DNA of 57,796 nucleotides from positions 1-57,796 of the forward strand of contig MU054264.1 in NCBI GenBank assembly GCA_013239625.1, in the 5' to 3' direction. Within the stretch, counting starts at the first letter, position 1. Every line of letters begins with the position of its first letter. The notes below the pieces were generated by a model that did no database searches, was not told the DNA's origin, and saw only the letters and a list, made by a program, of their open reading frames with translations. The stretch is from Lama guanicoe (lineage: Eukaryota). This document shows positions 1 through 11,931 of the stretch, piece after piece. The position numbers and the translations under genes were made by a program.

Positions 1-1000
1 TTTCCCGGTCAGCCTGCTCCTGGGAGGCCGACGCGTTGCTGTCAGGGTGAGGGGGCGGCGGTGAGAGGAGTGTGCTCCTGGGAGTCTGTCGATTTGCTCC
101 CATCTCCCCGCGTCCTGTCCTGGGGGCGGACTTTGTTGTCCCAGGTTCGCAGAACGCAGGTTACAGGTTAGTCAGCTGGGAGGCCGGCGAGGTGCGGTAG
201 CGTGCCGGGGCGGCAGCAAGAAATGGAAGCAGATCTCCGCGCTAGCACGGGCAGCCCCAATCCCGCCGCCACTGCCACCCCCGCCCCGACAGACAGCGCC
301 CGCCTTCCTGGAGCAGGCTGACTTGTAACCGGAGTCTCGCGCACCTGGGACAGCAGAGACGGAGGCCTGGACAGGCCGCGGGGGAGTCTGAAGCAAGTCC
401 GCAGGCTCGCATAGGCAGAACCCTAATTCTCTAGTGCCGCCGCTGCCTCCAGCCTCACCGCGGCCGCCTCTTGGGAGCAGGCTGACCTAGGGACGTGCCT
501 GGGGCAGCAGAAGCCCCCAGGCCATGCCGTGGGGGAGACGGGGGTAAACCGACCAGTTCGCCAGGAGCAGCGCTCCTCTCCCCACCACTGCCCCAGGTTC
601 GCAGGACACTTGTTTCCATCTCAGTGGGCTACTTGTAGTCAGGCGCGGTGTGGTCAGGGGGCAGCGGTGAGGAGGGGTGCTGCCTCCCCCAGCAGGTGAA
701 CTTGCTTTCATCTCCCCTGAGGCCTATCCTGGGGCGGCCTCTGCTGCCCCAGGTTCGCAGGACGGAGGTTACAGGTCTTTCTGCTCCTGGGAGGCGGGCG
801 GGGTGCGGTGGAGGGGGTGCGGGGGCCACCTGACCGCTACCAGCTGACCCTAACTCGCCAGCCTCCTGTAAGCAAACTGGGAAATGTGTGTCCCGTCACG
901 GGGTGGGGGCAGCAAAGGCTGTCAGCAAGCCAGGTGTGGGAGAGATGGGAGCCTGGGGCAAATTCTCTGGCTCCTCCAGGGCAGCCCCCCTTCCCCTTCC
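1..1000 (+). repeat. GC/CpG-rich degenerate repeat array of roughly 140-150 bp units in mixed orientation (module copy A), paralogous to about 22390-23035 plus 25206-25750
   Basis: Recurrent motif ctcctgggaggc...catctcccc...cctggggcggcctctgctgccccaggttcgcagg...ggttacaggtc at about 15-175 and 640-800, with an inverted copy near 487-560. Collinear by eye with the second copy. Confidence 0.75.
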
Positions 1001-1654
1001 ATTAGCTATATATTCTTGCTTGATTTAAAAATTGTGTCAGTCTGGTGTGTGTGTAATGATATGGTATTTCATTGTGTTTTAAATTAGCATATCCTTAATT
1101 ACTAATGGAACGGGTAGCCTTGTTGTATTCATTGGCCATTTAAATTTCTTTTTTGTGATGTGCTTGTTCAGTGTGCTGTGCCCATTTTCTGGTGGAATGT
1201 CTCTTGTCCTCATTGATGTGTAGGATTTCTTTAGGTGCCTGTATGTTGAATGTTTTTTGTCAGTGATACCTGTTGCCACTTTTTTNNNNNNNNNNNNNNN
1301 NNNNNNNNNNNNNNNNNNNNNNNNNNNNAGTAATTGTTTCCGTATCGGAGAAATCCTCCTATGTTATCTAGAACTTTTATTTATCTTTAAATCTTAGATC
1401 CATGTGAAAGCTGTTTTTATATATAGTTTGAGATGGAGATCCATTTAATTTTTAAAAATATGGATGCCTGGTTCTCCCAGCAGCAGTTGACTTGAAAGGT
1501 TGCCTTTCCCTGTTGCTCAGCAGTGCTACCTTCTAAGTTTGTCAGGGGTCTAAATGTTTGGTCTGTTTTTTTCTGGGCCCTCTTCTGCTTGTTTGACCTT
1601 CGTTTCTGCATCAGTACCACACTATCTTAAATATTTTTGCCTTATAATAAGTCT
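1000..1654 (-). mobile_element. Old L1 (L1M-type) 3' fragment, part of module copy A
   Basis: Antisense L1 3' motifs (atttcattgtgttttaaattagcat, gtgctgtgcccattttct, cagtaccacactatctt). Paralogous to 25750-26445. Confidence 0.65.
1286..1328. other. Assembly gap (43 N)
   Basis: N run. Both flanks align collinearly to paralog B (about 26020-26100), supporting the join. Confidence 0.99.
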
Positions 1655-1669
1655 GTGTGAATGTTGCAG

Positions 1670-1760
1670 GTGGACCGCATGCTATGGCTTTAACTGTCGA
1701 TGGGAAAGTGTTTTCTTGGGGTGAAGGTGATGATGGCAAACTTGGACACTTCAGCAGAAT
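1670..1760 (+). pseudogene. HERC2: HERC2 exon ([30 protein letters not shown])
   Basis: ttgcag|...|gtaag, 91 bp; matches HERC2 [30 protein letters not shown]. Confidence 0.95.
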
Positions 1761-2063
1761 GTAAGAATATTTTCTTCATTATGTGCTTGTAAGTAACTTA
1801 CTGATCATAAGAATCCAAGGCCTTTTAAAAGTTATTTTGTAGAAAATTGAATAGGAGAAGTTATCTATGAAAATGGAACTGGAAAATACATTAAAAAATT
1901 TCTATGGCTGTAATTTGGCCTCACATGTTCTGTTTTAAGATTTGATAGTTCAACTAGTCTATAGCTGTTTTGACTAAGTGTGGATCCATGTAGATGTCCA
2001 CTTTTTTCTATTTTCCAGAAGGTTGAATTGGTTATAGGGAATATTATTTGATTTTTACTCTAG

Positions 2064-2241
2064 GAACTATGACAAGCCTCAGTTGATAGAGGCCCTGAAA
2101 ACCAAGCAAATCCAGGATATTGCCTGCGGGAGCTTGCACAGCACAACCCTGACGTCCAGCAGCGAACTCTACAGCAGGAGCCTCGGAGAGTACGGCCGCT
2201 TGGGACATGGGGATAATAGGACACAGCTGAAGCCCAAAATG
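2064..2241 (+). pseudogene. HERC2: HERC2 exon ([23 protein letters not shown]...QLKPKM)
   Basis: tctag|...|gtgat, 178 bp; ORF 2083..2286. Confidence 0.95.
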
Positions 2242-2424
2242 GTGATTACACACATTTCTGTTGCTTGCAGCAAGCTTCCCATCTGATTTCCAGAGGAGAT
2301 GAGCTCCGTGTCTCAGTCAGGTCACAAAGACCTGTGCAGTATCGGCTCTCAGTCTGTGGGAAAAAATTCCCTTGCTGTCTCAGTGCCTGTGCTTGACTCT
2401 GTTTTTGTGTTTGTGATTGATTAG

Positions 2425-2503
2425 GTGAAAGTCCTTGGTCACAGAGTGATACAAGTGGCGTGTGGAAGCAGAGATGCCCAGACCCTGGCTCTGACCGATG
2501 AAG
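2425..2503 (+). pseudogene. HERC2: HERC2 exon ([27 protein letters not shown]), one codon shorter than human
   Basis: ttag|...|gtgag, 79 bp; ORF 2425..2613. Confidence 0.95.
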
Positions 2504-2591
2504 GTGAGTCCTGTCCTGACCCCACTTTGCTCTGGGGGGTTGGGGGCCCCAACATGAGGCACAGGACTAAAGTGTGTATTTTTAAACCTAG

Positions 2592-2760
2592 GTTTGGTAT
2601 TTTCCTGGGGTGATGATGACTTTGGCAAATTGGGCCGGGGAGGCAGTGAAGGCTGTACATCCCCTAGAACAGAGAGGCTGAGCGGGCAGGGAATGTGTCA
2701 GATCGAGCCCGGAGCTCAGTTCTCCCTGGCCGTGACCAAGTCGAGAGTGGGGTGGACGTG
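2592..2760 (+). pseudogene. HERC2: HERC2 exon ([21 protein letters not shown]...WTW)
   Basis: ctag|...|gtacg, 169 bp; ORF 2594..2869; internal -1/-2 compensated frameshift. Confidence 0.95.
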
Positions 2761-3503
2761 GTACGTGAATGCCTGTCTCCCGCCAGCGTGTCTGCGTGAG
2801 GGCCACAGGGAGGGGGAACGTTCATGTTCTTACCCATCCAGGCATCTCTGTCCTTTTTATTTATGTTGAGTTGGGATTCATGGCAATATTATCAGAAGAC
2901 ATTTCTCATTATAACTGGGTCGTTTCTGGAAGAACCCTGGAGAAACGTAGCTTGTCTGTCTTGTTTAGGTGAGGTGTGTGTGTAAAGGGTTTCTCCCTTT
3001 GTTGCCATGCAAGAAACCTAGTGGTCCAATGGGTGGGAAACAGATTTCTGATTTCTTGGACCCCTGGAAGAGTTCAGGTGTGTTTCAAGTGAAGGGTTAT
3101 TTTATTAAATCAGAAAGGAGTGGATTTTCCAGCTGACCACAGACAGTGTAATAATGGTTTTCTCTTGAGTGTCGTGAACCAGAAGCAGGTTGAGAAAGAA
3201 TTAGAGCGGAGAGGTGTTTTAAGAGCCGTTTGAGGCTGGACGTCATGTCATGTTTTCTATCTGTTTATGTGAAACCTCCATCAGGAGCTTCAATACTGTA
3301 AAACAGGCATTCAGGATCTTGCTAGCAGAATTAATGAACTAATTTCAGTGAATGGTATCCTATTTTGTACCGTGATTTCAAAGACCTTGGGTATTGTGTG
3401 TGACATTGTCAGTGAGCCGCTCCAGCACCGTAGCAATGAGTGTCTTCTGGTGGGCCATCGCCAGACCGCAACCATCTATTAAAATCTGTTAACCTCCTTG
3501 CAG

Positions 3504-3643
3504 GGGAAAGAGGGATTACTTCAGGCTGGGCCATGGCTCTGATGTGCATGTGAGGAAGCCGCAGGTGGTGGAAGGACTGAGTGGAAAGCAGCTCATTCAC
3601 GTGGCTGTCGGGGCCCTGCACTGCCTGGCAGTCAGCGATGCAG
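3504..3643 (+). pseudogene. HERC2: HERC2 exon ([25 protein letters not shown]...HCLAV), 3' frameshifting deletion
   Basis: gcag|...|gtaag, 140 bp; ends in phase 1 although the next exon's HERC2 frame is phase 0. Confidence 0.93.
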
Positions 3644-4282
3644 GTAAGTGAGGTCGTGACAAATCTTCGTTTCAAAAGTGCAGCTTGTGAGGAAAGGGGG
3701 TGAGTCCTGGTCCTTGAAGAACCAGGAGGGTGGGCTTGGTCCATCGTGTTCCTGTGTATACCTGCCCAGGAGCCCGTGTGAGTGGAGGCACCCGGGAAAA
3801 AGTTGCTGACTGACACAGGTCCCACTCGAATGTTTGATGGGGAGATATATGTCCTTCATGTCAGAAGTAAAGTTACCCTTGACAGGTGTTGCTTATACTT
3901 CTGCCATGAGGGGCCGTGGGCTGACAGGCTTACAGGTGATAAACTCGTTAATTTATTTCTGACAGCAAAACAGCCCACTGTGCTTCAATCAAAATGAATT
4001 AAAAATGAATTCTACTTCCTAATTCTAAAAAGTCAAGAAGTGCATTACTTGAAAAGTGAGTGTATTGTTTTTGATCATTTTTCTTTGCAAAGTAAAGGAA
4101 AAAATGTTACTGCATTTAGTTGAAGAGGAAAACCTCTCTGCTTCCTGTAACAGAACGAAATGAGTTCAGTGGGTTGATATTAAGTAAATACTCATCTGTA
4201 GTCATTGGCAAGAATTTTGAAATAAATTTAAAGAAAATCTTCTGAAATGTTGAAAAATTCTGTCCCCCCCAACCTTTAGCAG

Positions 4283-4508
4283 GTATATGCTTAGTGTGAC
4301 AGTGTCCATGGGCGACAGGGCAATAGCACGACGACGGTTCATGGAAAGCCCACGCTCGTGCAAGGCTTAGAAGGCCAGAAGATCACACGAGTGGCCTGTG
4401 GGTCTTCGCACAGCGTGGCGTGGATGATGATGGGTGTGGCAACACCCTCTGTCCACGAGCCTGTCCTCTTCCAGACTGCGAGGGACCCCTTAGGTGCTTC
4501 CTATTTAG
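4283..4508 (+). pseudogene. HERC2: HERC2 exon (VYA*...KPTLVQGLEGQKITRVACGSSHSVAW...DPLGASYL) with W-to-stop
   Basis: tagcag|...|gtaac, 226 bp; TAG at 4292-4294. Confidence 0.95.
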
Positions 4509-4799
4509 GTAACACAGGTCTGTGTTTCGTATGAGACCCTTCTATACACGGCCCCAGCATCACAGATAGAACATTTAACAGCACTCCCAGGTTAGAGGCT
4601 TTAGCGCTGTGTGAGCTGCACGCTGAACCAAAGCCACAGACTCGTATTCCTGCTGGGATGAAAACTCGAGAAGAAGCTAGACTGCGGGTTCTTGTATTAT
4701 GATCAGGCCGGCTCTGGCCATGCTGTGCACCTTTGCCAACAGAGGAGACTTTTTAATAACCACTCAGTGTAGGCACCGTGCTGGGCTGCTTGGTGTTTT

Positions 4800-7700
4800 C
4801 AGCAGGTCTATTCAGGTGTAATCAACACACAAGGAGACACACGTATTGAAAGTATCATTGCCATCAGCTGTGACACGCGTGCACCTGTGACAGCAGCACC
4901 ACGGTCAGGATAATGAACAAACACACACACCTCGTCGAGCTTCCTTGTGTTGCTTCATGGCCCATGCCTGCCTCCCACAACTGCTGACCTGCTGTCCCTG
5001 TAGATCAGCTGGCCTTTTTAGAGTTTTACGTAAATGGAATTACACAGTGTGCTTTCTTCTGAATCTCACTTTTTTCACCATTGTTTTGAGATTCATCCAC
5101 ATTGCATCAAAATTCCATTCTTTTCAGTTGAAGAGTATTTTATTTATGGGTGCACTGCAGTCTGTTCCTCCATATGCCAGTTGACGGACTCGGGTTGCTT
5201 CCAGTTTGGGGCTATACAAACAGAATTGCTGGGAATGTTTGCAAGTCTTACGGGGACATGCACTTGCATCCTCTAGGGTAAGGGCCTGGAGGGGCATGAT
5301 TGGGTCACGTGGGAGGTGCGTGTTTATCTTAAGAGACCTACAGACTGTTCTGCAGAGGGCTTGTTCCAAAGCTCCTCCGTGTTCCTGTCTGTACGTGGTA
5401 TGGCCAGTCTTTAATTTTAGCCTTTCTTACAGCTGTGTAGTGGTATCTCATTGTGGTTTTACTTGGCATTTCCCTTAAGGGTAATGAAGTTGAGCGTCTT
5501 GCTTATTTACCATCCAGATAAATACGTGTTTTGTTGAAGTGTCTGTTCATACCTTTTGCCTGTATTTAAACCTAGGTGGTTTGTTTTATTATTACTGAGT
5601 TTTGAACATTCTTCATGTATTCTGGGTACCAGTCTTTCATCAGATACATGATTTGCACATATTTTCTCCCAGTGTGGCTTGTCTTTTCATTCTCTGAGGT
5701 GAATTTTAAAGAGCAGAAAATTTTAATTTTGATAAAGTCCAGTTGATCCGTTTTTATCTTTTATGGATTGTACTTTGGGTGTTGTATCTAAACAGCCTCT
5801 GCCTAACTCAAGATCATAAAGATTCTTTTCCTATGTTTTCCTGTGAAATTTCTAGTTTTTGACATTTAGGCATATGTTTGAACTTGAGTTACATTTCATC
5901 CATGATGTGAGGTATGGGTTGAATTTTATTTATTTTTGGTGTAGGGATACTTGGTGGTTTCAGTTGATTTGTTGACAAAAATTATTGTTTCTCTATTGAA
6001 AGAATGTGCACTTTTGTCAAAAATCAGTTTTCGTGTATGTGTGGCTCTATTTCTGGATTCTCAGTTCTGTTTCTTTGATTTATATTGTGTTTTGTTGCCA
6101 ATACCACAGGGTCTTGATTACTGTAGCTTTATAAAAGACTGAATTGAGGCGTTGCTGATTCTTCAGCTTTGTTCTTTCTAAAATATGTTTCGGGTATTCT
6201 AGGCCCTTAGATTTTCCATGTTACTTTCGGAATCAGCTTGTCAATTTTTATTAAGTAGCCTACTTGGGATTTTGATTGCATCGACTATAGATCAGTTTGG
6301 GACAGCTTCACATTATTGAATCTTGCAACCCATGAAAGTAGTATTTCTCCCTGTTTGTCAAAATCTACTAGTTCTCAGCAGCATTTTGCGGTGTCAGTGT
6401 ATAGATCTTGCATATCTTTTGTTATATTTATTCCTAAGTATTTCATATTGTTTATCCTGCTATAAATGGTATTTTAAAAATGAGCTTTATTCTTTGCTAT
6501 TATCTAGAAATACTCAAGTTGCTCTGCTAGTGTGTAGAAACAATTGCTATTTTTAAGGACGGTTAGATTATTTCTAGTTTTTGGCTATTACAAGTAAAAC
6601 CTGCTATGGATATTCATGTACAGCATTTTGAGTCAGTCTTCCATATGTTGAATAAGCCCCACTTGGTTTTGGTGCTTTTTGTTTGATTTTTGTCTGTTGT
6701 TTATCTGTTTTCAGTTTATTGGTTTATATTCTCATGCTTGCTTTATGTTTATTTTCTATTTTTTCAAGTTTTTTGAGGTGAGAGTTTAAATTATTGATTT
6801 GAGACGTTTTTCCTAATGGAAACTTTCAGTACCATGAATTTCCCTCTCATCACTGCTTTAGCTACATGTCTCCAATTTTGGTATGTTGTATTTTGTTTTC
6901 ATTCAGTTTTATGTATTTTCAAAATCTCATTTCAGACTTGAATTTTGACCTATGAGTTACTGTCTTGTACCTTATATTCAGTTTGCTAAAAAAAGGTAGT
7001 TTAAGAACCCTTACCTCTCTGTTCATGATAGATATTAGTGTGTAATTTTCTATTAATATTCTCTGGCTGGCTGGCCTCATAGAATAAAGTGGTAAATGTT
7101 CCCTTTTCAATTTTCCTTTTTAATTTGTGTAGAATTGGTGTTATTTCAGTAGAATTCACCAGTGAAGCCATCTGGGTCTAGAGTTTTCTTTCTGTGGTTT
7201 CTTTTTTGTTTAAGTCACAAATTTAATTCCTTTAAATAATTCCAGGGTTATTTGTTTCTCTTCTAGTAAGGTTTATATCTCTTTGATGGAAGTTGAAGTT
7301 ACTGACGTCAGGTAGGCCTCAACATTTGCTAATTTTCCTTTTAATATTTGTTGACTGTAGTGATGTCAGTGCTCATTCTGTATGCTGATAATTGTGTCTT
7401 CTCTTTCCGGTTTGTCTAGAGGTTGATCAATTTTATTAAGTATTTTCAAAGAGCAAGCTAATGGTTTCCTTGATTTTCTCCATTTTTTTTGTTTTATATT
7501 TCACTGATTTTTGCTCTAATCTCTGTTAATTCTTTTTTTCTAAGAAGGTTGGGTTATTGGCTTAAGCTCTTGCTACTCTTCTAAGTAGACATTTACTTTC
7601 CTTGATTAATTGACTGCTGTCATTATGACAGATTATCCTCTTTATCCGTTTGCTTTTGAAATTTTTTGCTTTAAAATCAGATTTGTCTGATACTAATACA

Positions 7701-10000
7701 GATAATATGATATAATAACATTTCTTTTGATCAATGCTATATAGTATTTAAACCATGGTATTCCATATGCCATGATGAACAATGGTACATCTTTTCCATT
7801 CTTTTACTTTTAACCTCTTTGTCTCTTTACAGTAAAAGAAGCTTTGTTGTAGGCAACTTATAGGTGGGTTTTGCTTTTTAATTTTTTTTGCTGACAGTCT
7901 CTAGCTGGAGTATTTATTCCACTTACATTATTATGATTATTGATGTATTTGTTTTCTCAGTATCCTGCTATTTGTTTTTTATTAGTTCTAGCTGTTCGTT
8001 GTGCTCTTCCTTCTCTTTTTCTGCCTTTCTTTGAATGGATTATTCTTTATAATTTTCTTTTTGTTTTCTTTGATCTCTACCTTAGTATGTTATTTTAATG
8101 ATTGCTTTAGGATGTATATTATGCACATTTCATTTATCATAGACTACCTTCTGGTGATACTACACTATTTCATGTCTAGTAAATGAATCATAGCTAGTAT
8201 ATTTCTATTTTTTCCCTCCCCGCCATTCTGCAATTGTTGTTACACATTTGTATGTATGTTGTAAACTTGATACTATTTTTTATTAATTTTTTTACATGTT
8301 AGGTTATCTCTTTAAATAAAGTAAATAATAAGAAAAGAATGTCTCTGTACTTGCTCACGTAGTCAACCTCTTCCAGTGCTCTTCATTCCTCTGTGGAGAC
8401 CCATGCTTCCGTCTGGTATCATCTTCCTTCTCACTGAAGGATTTCCTTTGTTGTATCTTGTAGTTCAGATCTGGGGTTGATTCTTCCAGCTTTTTATGTC
8501 TGAACTAATCATTATTTTGCTCTGTGTTTGCAATATATTTTAGCTGAGTATAAAATTTGGGGTTTACATTGTTTTCACTGAGAATTTGCTGTCATTCTTA
8601 TCTTTGCTCTTCTGTACCTAACACTTCTTTTATCTCAGACTACTTTTAGGATTTTCCTGGTTTTTGTCTTCATGGTTTGTGTACTTGTATAGTTCTTTAT
8701 ACTTCTTGGATCTTTGGGTTTCTAATTTTCATCAAATTTGGAAATTTTTCAGTCATTGTTTCTTTAAAATTTTTTTTCTGTACCTTTCTCTTTCCTCTCT
8801 TTTGAGAGATCTAGCTTCATGTATGTTAGAGCTTTTGAAGTTATCCCACAGACAACTGACGCTTTATTCATTTTTTAACGTTTTTTTTCTGTATTTCATT
8901 TTGGATAGTTTCTATTGCTATATCTTCAAATCAACTAGTCGTCTTCATTTTCTAATATGCTGGTAATGTGACCAGAATATTTTGGTCTCACGTTGTAGCG
9001 TCCTCTCTAGAATTTTTTTTAAGGAGGTAAAACTTGCTCACTTAATAGCTCTTTGTTTTTATTGAAGTATAGTCAAAAATTCCTATTTTTAAAATATGTT
9101 GTATTTTTTTATTTTTGTTTTTTTCCTTGGAGGTACTGGGAACTGAACCTGGGGCCTTGTGCATGCTAAGCATGCACTCTCCCACGAAGTTATACCCATC
9201 CCCCCATCCTCCCCTAGAAATTTGATTTGAGTGTTGTTCTTCCATGTCTCTGGTTCTCTTGTTGAACATATGCAGTACAGATATAATAGGTGTTTTGTTT
9301 TGTCTGCTGAGTGTAACATCTGTGTCAATTCTGCATTCCTCAGATCTGTTGATTTTCCTTATTTGTGGATCGCAGATACTTCCCTGCCTTTCTGCCCACC
9401 TGGTAACTTTTAGTTAGATGCTGTACATTATAACTTACTGTGAATGCTTCTGGAGATTTTTGTATGTCTATGAACTTTTTTGAGCTTATGTATAATTTAC
9501 TCTGAAGTCGTTTGATCCCTTTGGATCTTGGTTTTGGATCTGTTAAGTGGATTCAGACCTGATATTAGTCTGGGGCTAGTTGTTCTGCACCACTGGGTGT
9601 TCTACTCAGTGCCTGGTGAACTGTGAGGTCTTCCCATCTGGCTGATGGGAGCAGGCACCGTGCCGGGCCCTCTGTGCCCTCCCAGCTGGCGCATCCCAGC
9701 ACAGTCCTTTCCTGCAGTTTGTTCTTTGGCTTTGGGCAGTGCCCTCTCATGCAGGCACCCATCAGCTTCTGCTGCACCCTCAGCTGGGTTGGGGGGCACC
9801 TGCATGTCTCCAGGGGGCTCTCTGGGCAGCTCTCTCCTCTTGTGTCCAGTCCTGTGAGCTTGGGCCACGTCGGACTTCCTGGCTCTGAGCTCTGCCTCCT
9901 GTTCGACAGAGACCACTGGGTTCCACCTGGTGCCTTCCCTCTGCTGAGGTCTGGGAACCCTCGGAGCAGTGAGCTGGAACACGTGTCCACTAGGACTGTG
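4800..10000 (-). mobile_element. Nested, fragmented old L1 block within a HERC2 intron
   Basis: T-rich antisense L1 3'UTR and ORF2 relics (for example ORF 6919..7110 ENYTLISIMN resembling ENYRPISLMN), with 5'UTR-like GC sequence near 9560-9990. Boundaries approximate. Confidence 0.7.
9105..9215 (-). mobile_element. Camelid-type tRNA-derived SINE (Vic-1-like)
   Basis: T-rich tail followed by ggaggtactgggaactgaacctggggccttgtgcatgctaagcatgcactct...atacccatcccc (antisense B-box/A-box region). Confidence 0.8.
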
Positions 10001-10374
10001 TATTGTGAAATCTGGTCTTTTCAGTGTTGTTTTGGATTGCTTTTTGTGCCATTTCAATGACAGGTAAATTTACAGTTGTTGTAGTTGTGTTTTTACAGCT
10101 TACGTATGTACAGCTAAATTGCAGTAAGTGCATTCTGCAGAAGATTTGCATCGTTTTGTAGTTACAGTGAAATGGTGACTTTGCTGAAAGTAGCGTCTTT
10201 AGAGAAGTATAATTTGTTCTAACTCTGAAAGATAATAATGAACCTGATAGTTCATCTGTGAAATGGGAAAATGCATAGTGCAACGTGTTTTACAAATTAC
10301 AGGAGGTCAAGTTACAGAAATCAAGCAAACGGTTATCTGAAAAATTGAACCCAAACTTCATTTTTCTTTTTCAG

Positions 10375-10547
10375 GTGTGCCTTCGGATGCTGATTCTTCT
10401 GCTGCCAGTGATAAAGTCAGTGGTGCAGATAATTCGAAACCAAATTTGCCCTTCTCTTGCCACGATTCTCCTGTCACTAGGTGGAAATCTGGCCAAACAG
10501 CAGGCCTTGTCTCCTATGCTTACGGCCCTGCAAATCACGTGTGCCAG
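10375..10547 (+). pseudogene. HERC2: HERC2 exon (VPSDADSSAASDKVSGADNSKPN / PSLATILLSLGGNLAKQQALS...CAR), +1 frameshift
   Basis: tcag|...|gtagg; homology split between ORFs 10377.. and 10285.. Confidence 0.93.
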
Positions 10548-11367
10548 GTAGGCTTGATTGCTGACTTTCAGAATCCCACAATGATGGGAGTCTAGGAGAA
10601 TGTTAGGTTACCGTCTCTAAATATTGTGAGTTTTAGATCAGATACCCTTTGGTGAATGAATGTACCTTTGTGCTTTCTTGAATGAAGTTGAAATACGAAT
10701 TAGAAAATCAAGTTGAAGAACATTTTCATTATTCTTAATGGCCAATAATCTCTAAACATATTTGGGAGTGTGGTGAGAGGAAGAATTAGTTGGTACTAAT
10801 ACACAGTAAGGTGTCAGGCCCTTCCCCCCCCTTCAGTCTTGATAAGGCAGAGTTTTGCCAGTGTTACCTTTTTCGTCCTTCTGCTCCTGTTTTCTCACAG
10901 CCTGAGGAAGTGGCCCATCTGTCTGTATATCCTGGTTACGGGCTTGATGAATAGAAGGCAATTCTCACACAGGGACTTGACTCAGTCGTTGAAGGACGCT
11001 TTGCTTCGTCTTTGCTGCCTCGCGTGAGGCACCCTTGGTATTCGGCTTTCATTGAACACAAAATTACTCTCGACCTCCACCAACCGAGGGAGATTTCACA
11101 GGGACAGTCAGAGGCCTTTTCTGCTTAGATTTTTATGTTGACAGTTTTTCTCCTGTCATCACTGTGGTGATTCAATAAATAAGATCAGCACTGAGTATTG
11201 TGGGTTTTAGCCAGAGGATACGTAGTAATAACGTTCAATGTTCCTAAAACTCTTCTATACTTATCCTATAAAAGAGAGTGCTGTGGTGAGTGCTTGTCCT
11301 GCCGTGACCCTGCTGCCCCGCGGTGGTGACGGGCAGCTCCCCCAGGCCTGGCTCGCTCTCGTGACAG

Positions 11368-11559
11368 AGACGCCGTGGTTGGGGCCCTGATGCCCGCCAG
11401 CATGGTCACCCCAGTGGAGTGTCCCTCATTCTCTTCCTCGGCACTCTCTTCTGGCGTGTGTGCCGTGGCCTGTACCGTGCATGGAGAGGAATGTGTGCTG
11501 GTTGTCGTTACTGAAGACAGAGGCTGGATCCAGCTCCATGGCAGGAGAAGAGAGGAGAG
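11368..11559 (+). pseudogene. HERC2: HERC2 exon (DAVVGALMPASMVTPVECPSFSS...GEEC...EDR / PWQEKR), +2 frameshift
   Basis: acag|...|gtaac; ORF 11375..11563. Confidence 0.92.
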
Positions 11560-11794
11560 GTAACAGTGCGTGGGAGAGCGATGACGCAATCTCAGGTCAG
11601 GAAGGGGAAGGCAGCTGATTCACGTCCAATGACGTGCACGTCACTCTTTCCCTTAATGCAGAGTGTTTTTGTGCCTGCTGCTGTGATTTTTGGCTTGAGT
11701 GGAAAAATACTCTATTTTAACAGGATGCTTTCTTAGTGCTTCAGTGGAAAGAGATTATTCTTCTAAAAAGTTGCTAAATGCAAGTCCACAGTCC

Positions 11795-11931
11795 TTTTTT
11801 TAAAATTTATTTTTTGGGGGGATTAGGTAATTAAGTTAATTTGTTTATTTTTGGAGGAAGTACTGGGAATTGAAGCCGGAAGCTTGTGCATGCTAAGCAT
11901 GCGCTCTGCCAGTGGAGCTGTACCCTCCCCT
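11795..11931 (-). mobile_element. Camelid-type tRNA-derived SINE with target-site duplication
   Basis: Poly-T, then ggaagtactgggaattgaagccgg...catgctaagcatgcgctct...gtaccctcccc. TSD caagtccacagtcc (11781-11794) / caagtcctcggtcc (11932-11945). Confidence 0.85.

Noticed and set aside
9130..9210. tRNA gene
   Set aside because: The tRNA-like head is attached to an A-rich tail, so it is a SINE (as at 11795-11931).
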